A DNA stretch of 38,296 bases from Arcobacteraceae bacterium (GTDB lineage: Bacteria; Campylobacterota; Campylobacteria; Campylobacterales; Arcobacteraceae): the NCBI GenBank assembly GCA_049670825.1, contig JBATTX010000380.1:1-38296 (forward strand), read 5' to 3'. The notes under the pieces were generated by a model. The model was not told the origin of the DNA and made no database searches. It saw only the letters and a list, made by a program, of their open reading frames with translations. Within the stretch, counting starts at the first letter, position 1. Each line of letters begins with the position of its first letter. Positions 1-9,337 of the stretch are shown in pieces. The position numbers and the translations under genes are program-made.

Positions 1-155
1 CGAACTGTAACATTAAATTCATCTGCAAGTTCTTGTGATGTAGGTAACTCATAATTTGATATCTTTGAAAGAATTTTTATATGTCTATACGTTGCTGTAT
101 CATAATGTTTAATCTTTTTTTTATCGGTAGCTTTAAATGCTATAATCTTTTCCAT
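1..155 (-). CDS. Partial CDS (N-terminus only; runs off window edge): winged-HTH regulator, probably YafY/WYL-domain or DeoR-type
   Basis: Not in the ORF track. Manual translation from the ATG at 155 (RBS AAAGGA upstream) gives MEKIIAFKATDKKKIKHYDTATYRHIKILSKISNYELPTSQELADEFNVTVR. ELADEFNVTVR matches the HTH_11 pattern ELAxxFxVSxRT. Confidence 0.65.
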   Translation of the reverse strand, partial: MEKIIAFKATDKKKIKHYDTATYRHIKILSKISNYELPTSQELADEFNVTV

Positions 156-321
156 TATTAATTCTATCCTTTTAAAATTAAGTTTAGTTTATAGTATTCA
201 AAAATTAAGAGTTAATTTAGAATTTACTATTTTAATATAAGTGGAATGACTATACATAATCAGTAACAAACCACGATGTAATTTCTATAGAAGAAAAGAT
301 TATTTCGTTAAAATAACTCAA

Positions 322-711
322 TTATGATTTTTGTTCTTGAAAATACTCCACCATATTCGAATAAGCTTCATTGTATTTTTTATATTTTTCAGGATCTTTA
401 TATGTAGAATATTTGTTTATCAATGTCATGTTTATGACACTTCTTATAAAAAGATAAGTACTTCGTGATAATTCTTTGGTTTCCTCAAACTTATAATGTA
501 TATAATTTTCTAAATCTATTTCAATACCATTGTACTTTGATATATTATAGTCAAAATCTATTTCAGTAGTTTCAAATACTCTATAATCTTCTACTAATTC
601 ATCATATGGATACTCGTTTGTTAACTCATCATGTTGAATACATTTTTGAATTAACTCTTCTTTAAAAACCATATCAACTGTATTTTCTAATTCACATTTA
701 CTCTTTGCCAT
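322..711 (-). CDS. Hypothetical acidic protein, 129 aa
   Basis: Track ORF 322..765; the more likely start is the ATG at 711 (MAKSKC...), preceded by AAGGAT, which avoids overlap with the upstream gene. No recognisable motif. Confidence 0.6.
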   Translation of the reverse strand: MAKSKCELENTVDMVFKEELIQKCIQHDELTNEYPYDELVEDYRVFETTEIDFDYNISKYNGIEIDLENYIHYKFEETKELSRSTYLFIRSVINMTLINKYSTYKDPEKYKKYNEAYSNMVEYFQEQKS

Positions 712-721
712 AATTATATCC

Positions 722-1063
722 TTAGTTAAAATCCCATTGAGCATTAAAATGATATGTATTTTCATCTATCATTGAATTGACAGTAAAATTATAATTTTTA
801 GTGATTTTATATTTTTTACAATCAGATTCTATATATTCTTTTGCTTTTTTTACAAAATCTATATACGCATCTGAATAGGTTCTAAATTGCATTTTTTTGT
901 TTTTATCATAATAAACTTTTGATAAAGAAAATGCAACACTATCACTACCTCTAACATCATTTATTGAAGGTGCAGGAGAACTGATAATTTTACAATTTTC
1001 TTGACCATATACGTTAACACTAATTAGTATTAATAGACATACTAAAACTATTTTATTTTTCAT
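722..1063 (-). CDS. Hypothetical exported protein, 113 aa
   Basis: RBS AGAGGA; signal-peptide-like N-terminus (MKNK, hydrophobic core, VYG|Q); two Cys in the mature region. Confidence 0.7.
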   Translation of the reverse strand: MKNKIVLVCLLILISVNVYGQENCKIISSPAPSINDVRGSDSVAFSLSKVYYDKNKKMQFRTYSDAYIDFVKKAKEYIESDCKKYKITKNYNFTVNSMIDENTYHFNAQWDFN

Positions 1064-1616
1064 ATTTATTCCTCTTGTTTTTTAAAAGTATACGTTATGT
1101 TAACGAATATGTTGTTTCGCTAATAGATTAAGGCATCAATTCTACCTTTTTTATATGTATCACTCATTTAATCATTTTCTATGCTGATATCAAGTAGTTT
1201 TTTGAATTCAATCACTACGATCTTCTAAAATTTTGATTGATTTTACCATGATTGAATAATGCAGCAACATATTTGGTGAATAGATTTATTTAACATAAAA
1301 TTTCTACAAAGAGAATACAGATATCATTTTAATTTCTTTTATAAAACTATGTAATATTTCTATATTTTATAAAATTCTAATTAATAGGTAGCAATAGGGT
1401 AGAAATCAAAAAATAAATTTAACTTAAATATAAAAACAAACATAATATTTAAGGTATGTGTTTAGATTAAAAAAGATATTAACTAATGAAATTTCACATT
1501 CCATACTATATCCTTTTGTTATTTTAAATTATGTTACAATAATATCTCTTATTTATCAATCTAAAATAAAAGATAACATATAATGATAATTAGAGATTTT
1601 CAAAAGAAAGGTTTTT

Positions 1617-1838
1617 ATGAGTTTTATTGCACATACACAAAAAGAATTAGAAGATTTAGATTTAAAAGAGGATACACTATATACTATCAAATATATCAAT
1701 AAAGACTATTTTAACGGTGAAGATAATGTTGAGATTACAAAAGCAAAAGTGATTTTAAATGACAATCAATATATTTTTGTAGCAACTGATCCATATGGTA
1801 TGGATAAATTTATAAGTAATGCAAGAGTTATTTTATGA
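1617..1838 (+). CDS. Small hypothetical protein, 73 aa
   Basis: RBS AAAGG; ATGA overlap with the next ORF. Confidence 0.75.
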   Translation: MSFIAHTQKELEDLDLKEDTLYTIKYINKDYFNGEDNVEITKAKVILNDNQYIFVATDPYGMDKFISNARVIL

Positions 1839-2137
1839 TAACTTTTCCAACTCAACTTGAACAAACATTTACAAATTTAAAGCAACTCAATCCAAAAGAT
1901 TATGGGATAAGAAAAAAGCTTGATATATTTACAGCACAAAATAATGCAGATGAAGAGACACTTATTTTACATATCGTACAAAAAAGTAGATTCTTACAAA
2001 AAGATGTTGATAAGATTGAAGAGATTGTGACACTTCTAAATATAGAACCTCACAGCAAAAGCATACTTATAGAGTCCCCATTGTGCTCAAAAGCAAAAGC
2101 AAAGTTAGAAAACAATAATTGGAGTGTTACAAATTAA
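1835..2137 (+). CDS. Conserved hypothetical protein, 100 aa
   Basis: Coupled to the previous ORF. The QKSRFLQKD and PLCSKAK segments resemble a small hypothetical family recalled from Campylobacterota. Confidence 0.7.
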   Translation: MITFPTQLEQTFTNLKQLNPKDYGIRKKLDIFTAQNNADEETLILHIVQKSRFLQKDVDKIEEIVTLLNIEPHSKSILIESPLCSKAKAKLENNNWSVTN

Positions 2138-3650
2138 AAAATCAACACCCAAAGAGCAATATACAATGGAAAATAAGTGTGAGTTGATACTAGAAAGAGA
2201 AGCAACGCTCAAAGAGAAATTATATTTTCAAAATATCTCTGGATGGTTTTTTGTTTCATTTTTTCTCCTCTCATTTATCTGTTTTCTTATTTTATTAGAT
2301 TTCTATTCAGCTTCCTTCTCACTTGCTTTATTAAGCCTTGCTACGATTGTTTTATATTTTAAACTCAATAAAGATGTTAATAATGTTGGTAAAGAGAGTA
2401 AAAAAGTTAAAAAATTTAAAGGGCAAGTAGCCTACTTCTATCAAGCAAGAACACAACATGACTTAGCAGGACCTATGTTTAAATTTCTCATTGTTGAAAA
2501 TGAAAAATATGATATCTCCGACATATTTGTATTGCCTAAAGAAAAAACAGATATGATAGTAGAAATATATGATAATAAAGAGATTATAACTCTGAATGAA
2601 CAAAAACCACTAGAATCTTTAGATTTAAAAGTATTAAAAAACTCTAAATATTATCATAAACCAATTGCTATCACATTTTTTATAACTGCTATACTCTCTT
2701 TTACACTCTTCTATGATAATACCTACACAACGGTATCTTTGAAAAATCTTATTTTAGATAAAAAAGAGATAGAGTACATCAACGCTAACTCGCTTCGTAC
2801 GAATCCACCACAAAATGGGCAAAGACTTGATATCTCAGGATATAGACTTTGTGAAGTTGGTGGATGTCAAAAATTCTTATTGTTAGATAAACATTTCGAA
2901 TATAAATTTAATGATGATCTAAAAACGCTATTTGATTTTGATAAGCAAAACAATTTTTTCACTCGATTCAATAACAATGATTACAATACAAGATATAATA
3001 AATACCTCTACTTAACACGATACAAAGTAAAATTTGAAAACATAAACGAGTATCTGCAAATACTAGAAAAGCTCAAAAAATACAAATTTGATTCTGCACA
3101 ATTAAATTTTCGTAATGAATATATTGAAAATAAAATAGATGAACATATCAGTTTTATAAAAAACTTATGTTCAGCACAAAAAATACACTGTACTCAAAAT
3201 AACTTTGTAGATGTAATATATACAAAAAATTCACATAAATATCTTATTGAAAATAGGGAGATCATCTTTCGATATATCTTAGATAATGAAAGAGAAAAAA
3301 TTATTGCCCAAATAAACAACTATTTTGAAGTATCTACCAGTGTTGTAAAGGTTAACTATTTACCTAATTCTACATACGAAAAAAATACAAACCTTTATAC
3401 ACAAAGCTATGATGAACTAATAGAACAATACAATAATTACATCACACGAGCATATAGTCTAAAAGTTTTAGTATATGACTATCAAACACAAACTCTCAAT
3501 GGAAATAAAAATTATTATATAAAAGTTATTGAGAATTTAACAGATGAGCAGATACGAGACTATCAACTTTTATTTTTATATTTACTTATTTTAGTACTGC
3601 TAAGTTCTACTCATTTTTATCTCTATTTAAGAGCAAAAAAAAATATTTAG
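2124..3650 (+). CDS. Multi-pass membrane protein, possibly IgaA/UmoB-like
   Basis: 508-aa ORF (GTG start; alternative ATG at 2166). Four hydrophobic segments (approx. aa 41-60, 62-80, 181-197, 483-502) flank a cytoplasmic domain and a large Cys-containing extracytoplasmic domain. The ORF is solid; the family call is tentative. Confidence 0.6.
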   Translation: MLQIKKSTPKEQYTMENKCELILEREATLKEKLYFQNISGWFFVSFFLLSFICFLILLDFYSASFSLALLSLATIVLYFKLNKDVNNVGKESKKVKKFKGQVAYFYQARTQHDLAGPMFKFLIVENEKYDISDIFVLPKEKTDMIVEIYDNKEIITLNEQKPLESLDLKVLKNSKYYHKPIAITFFITAILSFTLFYDNTYTTVSLKNLILDKKEIEYINANSLRTNPPQNGQRLDISGYRLCEVGGCQKFLLLDKHFEYKFNDDLKTLFDFDKQNNFFTRFNNNDYNTRYNKYLYLTRYKVKFENINEYLQILEKLKKYKFDSAQLNFRNEYIENKIDEHISFIKNLCSAQKIHCTQNNFVDVIYTKNSHKYLIENREIIFRYILDNEREKIIAQINNYFEVSTSVVKVNYLPNSTYEKNTNLYTQSYDELIEQYNNYITRAYSLKVLVYDYQTQTLNGNKNYYIKVIENLTDEQIRDYQLLFLYLLILVLLSSTHFYLYLRAKKNI

Positions 3651-3735
3651 ATATATAATATTAACTAGAAAATATATCCTATGAATTAACATCAAAATAT
3701 GATATGATAGTGTATAAAAGATAAAAGGAGTTTAG

Positions 3736-4587
3736 ATGAAAAAGATGATTATTGCAGGAGCTAGTGGATTTGTTGGCTCTACACTTACACACACATTTAC
3801 GCAACTAGGGTATTTAGTAATACCTACATCAAGAGAAGATTTAAAAGATATCTCAAAATTAACTTCTAAAATTGATGGAGCAGATGTAGTTATCAATTTA
3901 GCTGGTGCTAACATCATTAACAGATGGAGCCAAAGTTACAAAAAACTTCTTTATAACAGTAGAATAGATACTACAAAAGCTTTAGTAGAAGCATTTACTT
4001 TAGCTAAAATCAAACCAAAAACATTTATCTCAACAAGTGCAGTGGGTATATATAAAAATGATGCGATATACGATGAAACAACTACAAACTATGCAGATGA
4101 TTTTTTAGGAAAACTTTGTCAAGATTGGGAAAAAGAAGCTTTAAAAGCGCAAGCCTTAGATATACGTGTATCAATATTTAGATTTGGTATAGTCATGGGT
4201 AATGGTGGAGCACTAGCTAAAATGCTTACACCTTTTAAATTCGGTGTTGGTGGAACTATTGGTGATGGTTCTCAATCATTTTCATTCATACATATAGATG
4301 ATTTGATGAACGCATATAAATTTGTTATAGACAATGATACATTAAGTGGAAAATTCAACCTTACTGCACCAAAACCAACAACAAACTATGGGCTTACAAA
4401 AGCATTGGGGGCTACATTACACAGACCCACAATCTTCCCTATTCCTCAATTTGTACTAAACTTGATTTTAAGTGAGGGTGCAAAAGTTTTAACAGATGGT
4501 CAAAAAGCTGTACCAAACCATCTACTTGAAAGTGGGTTTAGTTTTGAATATGAAACTATAGAAGATACGATAGAAGATTTAGTGTAA
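3736..4587 (+). CDS. TIGR01777-family (YfcH-like) NAD-dependent epimerase/oxidoreductase
   Basis: GASGFVG Rossmann motif, VINLAGANI, SAVGIY, GDGSQSFSFIHIDD, DUF1731-like C-terminus; RBS AAAGGAG. Confidence 0.92.
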   Translation: MKKMIIAGASGFVGSTLTHTFTQLGYLVIPTSREDLKDISKLTSKIDGADVVINLAGANIINRWSQSYKKLLYNSRIDTTKALVEAFTLAKIKPKTFISTSAVGIYKNDAIYDETTTNYADDFLGKLCQDWEKEALKAQALDIRVSIFRFGIVMGNGGALAKMLTPFKFGVGGTIGDGSQSFSFIHIDDLMNAYKFVIDNDTLSGKFNLTAPKPTTNYGLTKALGATLHRPTIFPIPQFVLNLILSEGAKVLTDGQKAVPNHLLESGFSFEYETIEDTIEDLV

Positions 4588-4592
4588 CTCTT

Positions 4593-6629
4593 CTATGGAG
4601 TATCTTTTATCATTCCAGCCTCTTGCAAAAAGGGGCTAAATACAAAATCAATCTTTTTGATTCTATCATATGATGCGTAACTTAAGTACAATATATCTTT
4701 TGCACGAGTAACAGCTACATAAAAAAGCCGCCGCTCTTCATCTAAGCTTCCCCCTTTACTCATAAGTGTTCTATTTGGAAATCGTCCATCCATAAGATCA
4801 ACGACATAAACCTCTTTGAACTCCAAACCTTTACTTGCATGAACAGATAGAAGATTTACTCCACCACCTTCACTCATCTCTCCACCACCTAAAATCATCG
4901 CATTGATGAAGTTATTGAGATTTGTGTGTCTGTGTGAAAGTTGCTTAAGCGTTTCAACTCTTCTATGAGCTTTTAGTTTTGCACTACTTTTGATACTCTC
5001 ATTTATAGTGCCATCTTTTTGTTTGGCTCTATTTGTACATAATGTTTCTATAATAGTTTCAAAAAATCTATGCTTTTGAATATGTACAATCATATTTTTA
5101 GGGTTTTGTATACGTTTTAACTCTTTAATCAATGTATAAAAGTCATATAAAAATATACCCCCTTCAAGGGTGAGTTTTGGATGTTTTAAGATATTATTAT
5201 TTAAAAATCGTACATCCCAACCCAAATCTTTGAACTTTCCAACACTACCCATCTCAATAAAATCATCAAAAAGTCCAAGCTGAACATTATTTACTTTTCT
5301 ACTTTGATATGGTTTGATGATTGAATTATCGGGATTGAGAAGTCCATGAAAAATATTTCCGTGCCCTACTCTTAAAAGTGCTTCAAATATATCTTTTGCA
5401 ATTGCTTTCCCAATATTTTTTCCATATTCAATAAGATGAATAAATGCCATCATGTCATTACTATTAACCATCAAAACAATAAGATCTAGTATTACTTTGA
5501 TCTCACGAGAGTCAAAAAAACTATGTCCACCTTTTCTTTTACACTCAATACCTGCATCTCTTAAATTTGCTTCAATACCATCCGCACTTGAGTTATTTCT
5601 GTAAATAATAGCAATTTCTTCTTTTTTTGTTTTTGTTTGCGTAATTTTTTTAGAGATAAATTCATACTGCATATAAAGCTCATCAAACTTTAAAAGCTGA
5701 GGAACGTGATCCCTTTCTGGTCGTACAACTTTGAGTGATTTTTCATAGATACGGGGGTTATTTTGAATCACTTTATTTGCAAGATTTAAAATAGGTGCAG
5801 TGGAACGATAGTTTTTATCCAATGTAAATATTTTTGCTCCATCATATCGTTTATCAAAAGATGAAATAATATTAATATCACTTCCATTAAAAGCATAAAT
5901 ACTTTGATCATAATCCCCAACACAAAATAAACTCTGAGGTCTAAACCCATCAAGTATCTTCCCTTGAAGAGGATTTGTGTCTTGATATTCATCAACTAAA
6001 ATTTCTACAAAATCATATGTTTTTGAATTTTGCAATTCAATCATATTTGTTAAAAGATCATCAAAATTCACATAACCATATTTTTTCTTGAGTGTATTAA
6101 ACTCATCTACTACATCTTGATAAATAAGTGTATATTGTTTTTGATCTTCGTTTCGTTTTCCCATCCATGTTTCAAAATCTTCGTCATAACTACTATTTAA
6201 ATATAAACTATACATATCATACAAATATCCGCCATCGTATGGTTTTACATCTGTTTGATTTACAAAAACTCTTTTTTCATATATTGATTTAAAAAGAGTT
6301 TTGAGTTCGTTTGGTTGTTTTAATGTAATCGGTAATTCTTCTTTTTTTAACAGCTTGTAACTTACACTATGAAAAGTACCAGAAACTATTGATTTAGCAG
6401 TAGTTTCATCGAAAAACTTTGCTACACGCATAATCATCTCTGCGGCTGCTTTATTTGTAAAAGTTAAAAGCAAAATTTGTTCGGGTTTTACTCCACTATG
6501 TAAAAGATGACCAATTCTTCCTACAATTGTAGATGTTTTTCCTGTACCTGCACTCGCGATTGTTAAGTTGTGACCTAAAAGGGCTGTAGCGGAGGCGTGT
6601 TGTTCATCGTTTAAATTTGATAAGGGCAT
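4593..6629 (-). CDS. ATP-dependent DNA helicase, UvrD/Rep (SF1) family, second paralog
   Basis: ASAGTGKT, LTFTNKAA, VDEYQD, VGDYDQSIY, NYRS, HASKGLEF, EERRLFYVAVTRA. Start moved to the ATG at 6629 (MPLSNLN...) with AAGGA upstream. Confidence 0.93.
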   Translation of the reverse strand: MPLSNLNDEQHASATALLGHNLTIASAGTGKTSTIVGRIGHLLHSGVKPEQILLLTFTNKAAAEMIMRVAKFFDETTAKSIVSGTFHSVSYKLLKKEELPITLKQPNELKTLFKSIYEKRVFVNQTDVKPYDGGYLYDMYSLYLNSSYDEDFETWMGKRNEDQKQYTLIYQDVVDEFNTLKKKYGYVNFDDLLTNMIELQNSKTYDFVEILVDEYQDTNPLQGKILDGFRPQSLFCVGDYDQSIYAFNGSDINIISSFDKRYDGAKIFTLDKNYRSTAPILNLANKVIQNNPRIYEKSLKVVRPERDHVPQLLKFDELYMQYEFISKKITQTKTKKEEIAIIYRNNSSADGIEANLRDAGIECKRKGGHSFFDSREIKVILDLIVLMVNSNDMMAFIHLIEYGKNIGKAIAKDIFEALLRVGHGNIFHGLLNPDNSIIKPYQSRKVNNVQLGLFDDFIEMGSVGKFKDLGWDVRFLNNNILKHPKLTLEGGIFLYDFYTLIKELKRIQNPKNMIVHIQKHRFFETIIETLCTNRAKQKDGTINESIKSSAKLKAHRRVETLKQLSHRHTNLNNFINAMILGGGEMSEGGGVNLLSVHASKGLEFKEVYVVDLMDGRFPNRTLMSKGGSLDEERRLFYVAVTRAKDILYLSYASYDRIKKIDFVFSPFLQEAGMIKDTP

Positions 6630-6787
6630 AGTTGTGCAAAATCCTTGGAGTAGTAATAATGGAATCATACTCAAAAAGTCGTTAATATCTAGTAAGAATA
6701 TTTTGGAGTTATTCAATTAGTTTATCATGTTAATTATATATTAACTTATTTAATTAATATCAATAAATAATTCTTATAACTACTAAT

Positions 6788-6823
6788 CTACACATAAGCT
6801 ACACACGAATATAATAATATAAT
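6788..6823 (+). promoter_or_regulatory. Putative response-regulator-activated promoter: CTACACA-N4-CTACACA direct repeat plus TATAAT
   Basis: Perfect 7-bp direct repeat at 6788-6794 and 6799-6805 (11-bp period); TATAAT at 6810-6815 and 6818-6823; RBS AAGGA before the ATG at 6848. Confidence 0.6.
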
Positions 6824-6847
6824 GAATAACAAAATCAAGGATAAAAT

Positions 6848-7165
6848 ATGAGTAAAAAAATTAAATTAGCAGGTATGCTTTTAGGGGCTGTGATCTCAAC
6901 AACTACAGCTGTTGCAAGTTCTAATGATAGTGGAAAATGTGGTGCTGGAAAATGTGGTTCAAATATGAATGAATCTAAAAAAGAGATGAAATCTAGTAAA
7001 TGTGGTACTGGAACATGCGGTTCAGAGATGAAAAACTCTAAAAAAGATATGAAATCAAACAAATGTGGTACTGGAAAATGTGGTTCAAATATGAAAGAAC
7101 AAAAAGAGATGAAAAAAGAGATGAAATCTAGTAAATGTGGTACTGGAAAATGTGGATCTAACTAA
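6848..7165 (+). CDS. Secreted Cys-rich RiPP precursor, HvfA/bufferin family II-like
   Basis: Signal peptide ending AVA at residue 23; four KCG[AT]G[KT]CGS units (Cys 31/36, 52/57, 73/78, 97/102); directly upstream of a DUF692 gene. Confidence 0.88.
   Translation: MSKKIKLAGMLLGAVISTTTAVASSNDSGKCGAGKCGSNMNESKKEMKSSKCGTGTCGSEMKNSKKDMKSNKCGTGKCGSNMKEQKEMKKEMKSSKCGTGKCGSN
6977..7148 (+). repeat. Intragenic 37-bp perfect direct repeat in the precursor gene
   Basis: AAAAAAGAGATGAAATCTAGTAAATGTGGTACTGGAA at 6977-7013 and 7112-7148, 135 nt (45 codons) apart. Confidence 0.9.
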
Positions 7166-7168
7166 GCT

Positions 7169-7999
7169 ATGAAAAAGCTCAAAGGTTGTGGTTTAGGTTT
7201 ACGGTCTGAATTCTTAGATGATATTCACTTTGACAAAAAAAGCTTCTCACCATCTTGGTGGGAAGTAACTCCTGAAAATTGGATCACTATGCCTATATGG
7301 TATAGAGATAAGTTTGAAGAGATTACTCAACACACTCCACTTGTAGCTCATGGTGTTTCTTTATCCTTAGGTTCAAATAAAAAACCAAAGAAAAAACATC
7401 TCCAAGAGTTGAAAAATTTTTTAGATACTTATAAAATAAATTATTACTCTGAACATATAAGTTACTCATCTTATGATAATATTCAAGCACACGAGTTACT
7501 TCCAGTGCCTTTAACAAAAAAAATGATAAATCTTATGAGTGATAATATTAAATATGTAGAAGATTTTTTAGGAAGAAATATCTCTATTGAAAATGCAACT
7601 TTTTACCATAGTGAGCCTTCAAGTATGAGTGAAAGTGATTTTATCAATGAACTTTTACACACAAGCGGAGCAAAGCTTCTTTTAGATGTAAATAATGTTT
7701 ATGTAAATAGTATCAATCATAACTACAATGCAAAAAAATTTATTAAATCACTAGATTTAGATAAGGTTTCTTATATTCATGTTGCTGGACACTATTTTGA
7801 TGAACAAGTAGAAATGATTATCGACTCTCATGGAACACAAGTCAACTATGATACCTGGGAGCTTTTACGGTATACTTTAGATAAAATAGATGTATCCCCT
7901 ATGATAGAAAGAGATAATAATATCCCTACTTTAAAAGTGATGGAAAAAGAGTACAACACTATGAAAAAAATTTATGATAAAAGAGCATTTCATGGATGA
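7169..7999 (+). CDS. DUF692 / MNIO (multinuclear non-heme iron oxidative enzyme), HvfB/BufB-like maturase
   Basis: GLGLR, PENW, HGVSLSLG, SEHISY, LLLDVNNVYVN, IHVAGH, DSHG and ERD motifs, with the putative metal ligands intact. Confidence 0.95.
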   Translation: MKKLKGCGLGLRSEFLDDIHFDKKSFSPSWWEVTPENWITMPIWYRDKFEEITQHTPLVAHGVSLSLGSNKKPKKKHLQELKNFLDTYKINYYSEHISYSSYDNIQAHELLPVPLTKKMINLMSDNIKYVEDFLGRNISIENATFYHSEPSSMSESDFINELLHTSGAKLLLDVNNVYVNSINHNYNAKKFIKSLDLDKVSYIHVAGHYFDEQVEMIIDSHGTQVNYDTWELLRYTLDKIDVSPMIERDNNIPTLKVMEKEYNTMKKIYDKRAFHG

Positions 8000-8681
8000 A
8001 AGAAAAATACAAAAAAGTTTTATTGATCAAATTAAAGGGAAAAAAAAGGTCCAAAAAAAATCGATTGGGGTCTATAAATATTTAGTGCACCATAGTTTTT
8101 TTGAAGTACTTACAAATGCCTATCCACATTTTTACAAAATTATTCAAGATAAAAAACTTTCAAAAGAGTTTGATAAATCTATATATAAATTTATGCAAAC
8201 AAATGCATTCACACCTTATATGTGGCAGATGCCAAATGAATATCGAAAATTTATTAAAAAATCGAACTTCTTCAAAAATATTAAATATGCTAACGATCTT
8301 TTACATTTTGAATACTCTGAACTTTTTATTTTTATGCAACCAAAAACAAAAATCAAAAAACACCCTTTTTCACTCTCTAAAGAGTATAAGCTTTCAAAAA
8401 ACATTGTACTACATAAATATTACTATGATGTTGTCAATAAGGATTTCAACGAGAAACAAAAAATATATATCATAGGATACTTTGATTTTCATAGAGACGA
8501 AGTTGTCTACAGACTTTTGGATCGAGTACTTTATTTATTTTTAACATCAATAGATAGTTCAAAAAATCTAAAGAAAAATCTCCGATTATTTTTTAGAAAA
8601 CACAATATAGCTTACAAAGAATACGCTGTACAATTTGAAGCTGTTCTTGAAGAACTTTTTTCAAAAAAAGTAATAATTTGA
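7992..8681 (+). CDS. DUF2063-type MNIO partner (HvfC/BufC-like)
   Basis: Follows DUF692 with an ATGGATGA overlap (start chosen at 7992). N-terminal VYKYLV...EVLTNAYP, TPYMWQMPNEY and DLLHFEYSE match the DUF2063 pattern. Confidence 0.8.
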   Translation: MDERKIQKSFIDQIKGKKKVQKKSIGVYKYLVHHSFFEVLTNAYPHFYKIIQDKKLSKEFDKSIYKFMQTNAFTPYMWQMPNEYRKFIKKSNFFKNIKYANDLLHFEYSELFIFMQPKTKIKKHPFSLSKEYKLSKNIVLHKYYYDVVNKDFNEKQKIYIIGYFDFHRDEVVYRLLDRVLYLFLTSIDSSKNLKKNLRLFFRKHNIAYKEYAVQFEAVLEELFSKKVII

Positions 8682-9337
8682 AAATACTACTTTTAGAAGA
8701 TGATATTATTCTCAATGAACTTGTTGAAGAATTTTTATCCTCACTTGGACATACTGTAACATGCGAATATGATGGTGAAGAAGCTTTAGATACTATATTT
8801 GAAAACTCTTTTGATATACTACTTTTAGACGTGGGAACACCATCAATGAGTGGATTTGAACTTCTTTCGGAATTAAGAGCACACCAAAACAACACACCTA
8901 CTATATTTATTACTTCGTTAAATGATATAAAATCACTCGAAACTGCTTTTAATATTGGTTGTGATGATTATATAAAAAAACCGTTTGACTTAAAAGAGTT
9001 AGAGATACGTATCAATCATTTAAAAAACATCCACCAAATAGAAAGAGAAGATATAATTACTATCAATGCACAATATCAATATGATTTTACAAATTTCACA
9101 ATCATTGAAAATGATAAAAAAACTATTTTGTCTCAAAAAGAATCTAAGATATTGGAATATTTTATTAAAAACAAAAATCGAACTATCTCATTTGAAGAAC
9201 TTACCTCCAACATCTGGCAGTATGATACTATTCCAAGTAATGCAACGGTAAGAACGTATATCAAAAACTTACGAAAAGCACTCGATGAAAATATTATTAT
9301 CACAATAAAAGGATTAGGATATAAATTTGAGAGTTGA
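8678..9337 (+). CDS. OmpR-family response regulator, CrdR/DccR-like
   Basis: LLEDD, LLDV (phospho-Asp), DDYIKKPF, C-terminal wHTH (TVRTYIKNLRK, IKGLGYK); TTG start overlaps the upstream TGA. Confidence 0.93.
   Translation: MKILLLEDDIILNELVEEFLSSLGHTVTCEYDGEEALDTIFENSFDILLLDVGTPSMSGFELLSELRAHQNNTPTIFITSLNDIKSLETAFNIGCDDYIKKPFDLKELEIRINHLKNIHQIEREDIITINAQYQYDFTNFTIIENDKKTILSQKESKILEYFIKNKNRTISFEELTSNIWQYDTIPSNATVRTYIKNLRKALDENIIITIKGLGYKFES

Noticed and set aside
1120..1300. Coding-like minus-strand fragments (EFKKLLDISIEND*MSDTYKKGRIDALIY*) suggesting a decayed gene
   Set aside because: Too short, and no recognisable family; cannot be told apart from chance without a search.
6835..7062. Antisense ORF with repeated PH/FISF motifs
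   Set aside because: It is the reverse complement of the repetitive precursor gene; the plus-strand ORF has the RBS, signal peptide and operon context.
6935..7162. Periodic DNA repeats that might be a CRISPR array
   Set aside because: The repeats are in-frame coding units with synonymous variation, there are no unique spacers, and no cas genes are present.
8101..8475. 124-aa alternative-frame ORF inside the DUF2063-like gene
   Set aside because: The main frame is uninterrupted and carries the family motifs; there is no sign of a frameshift.
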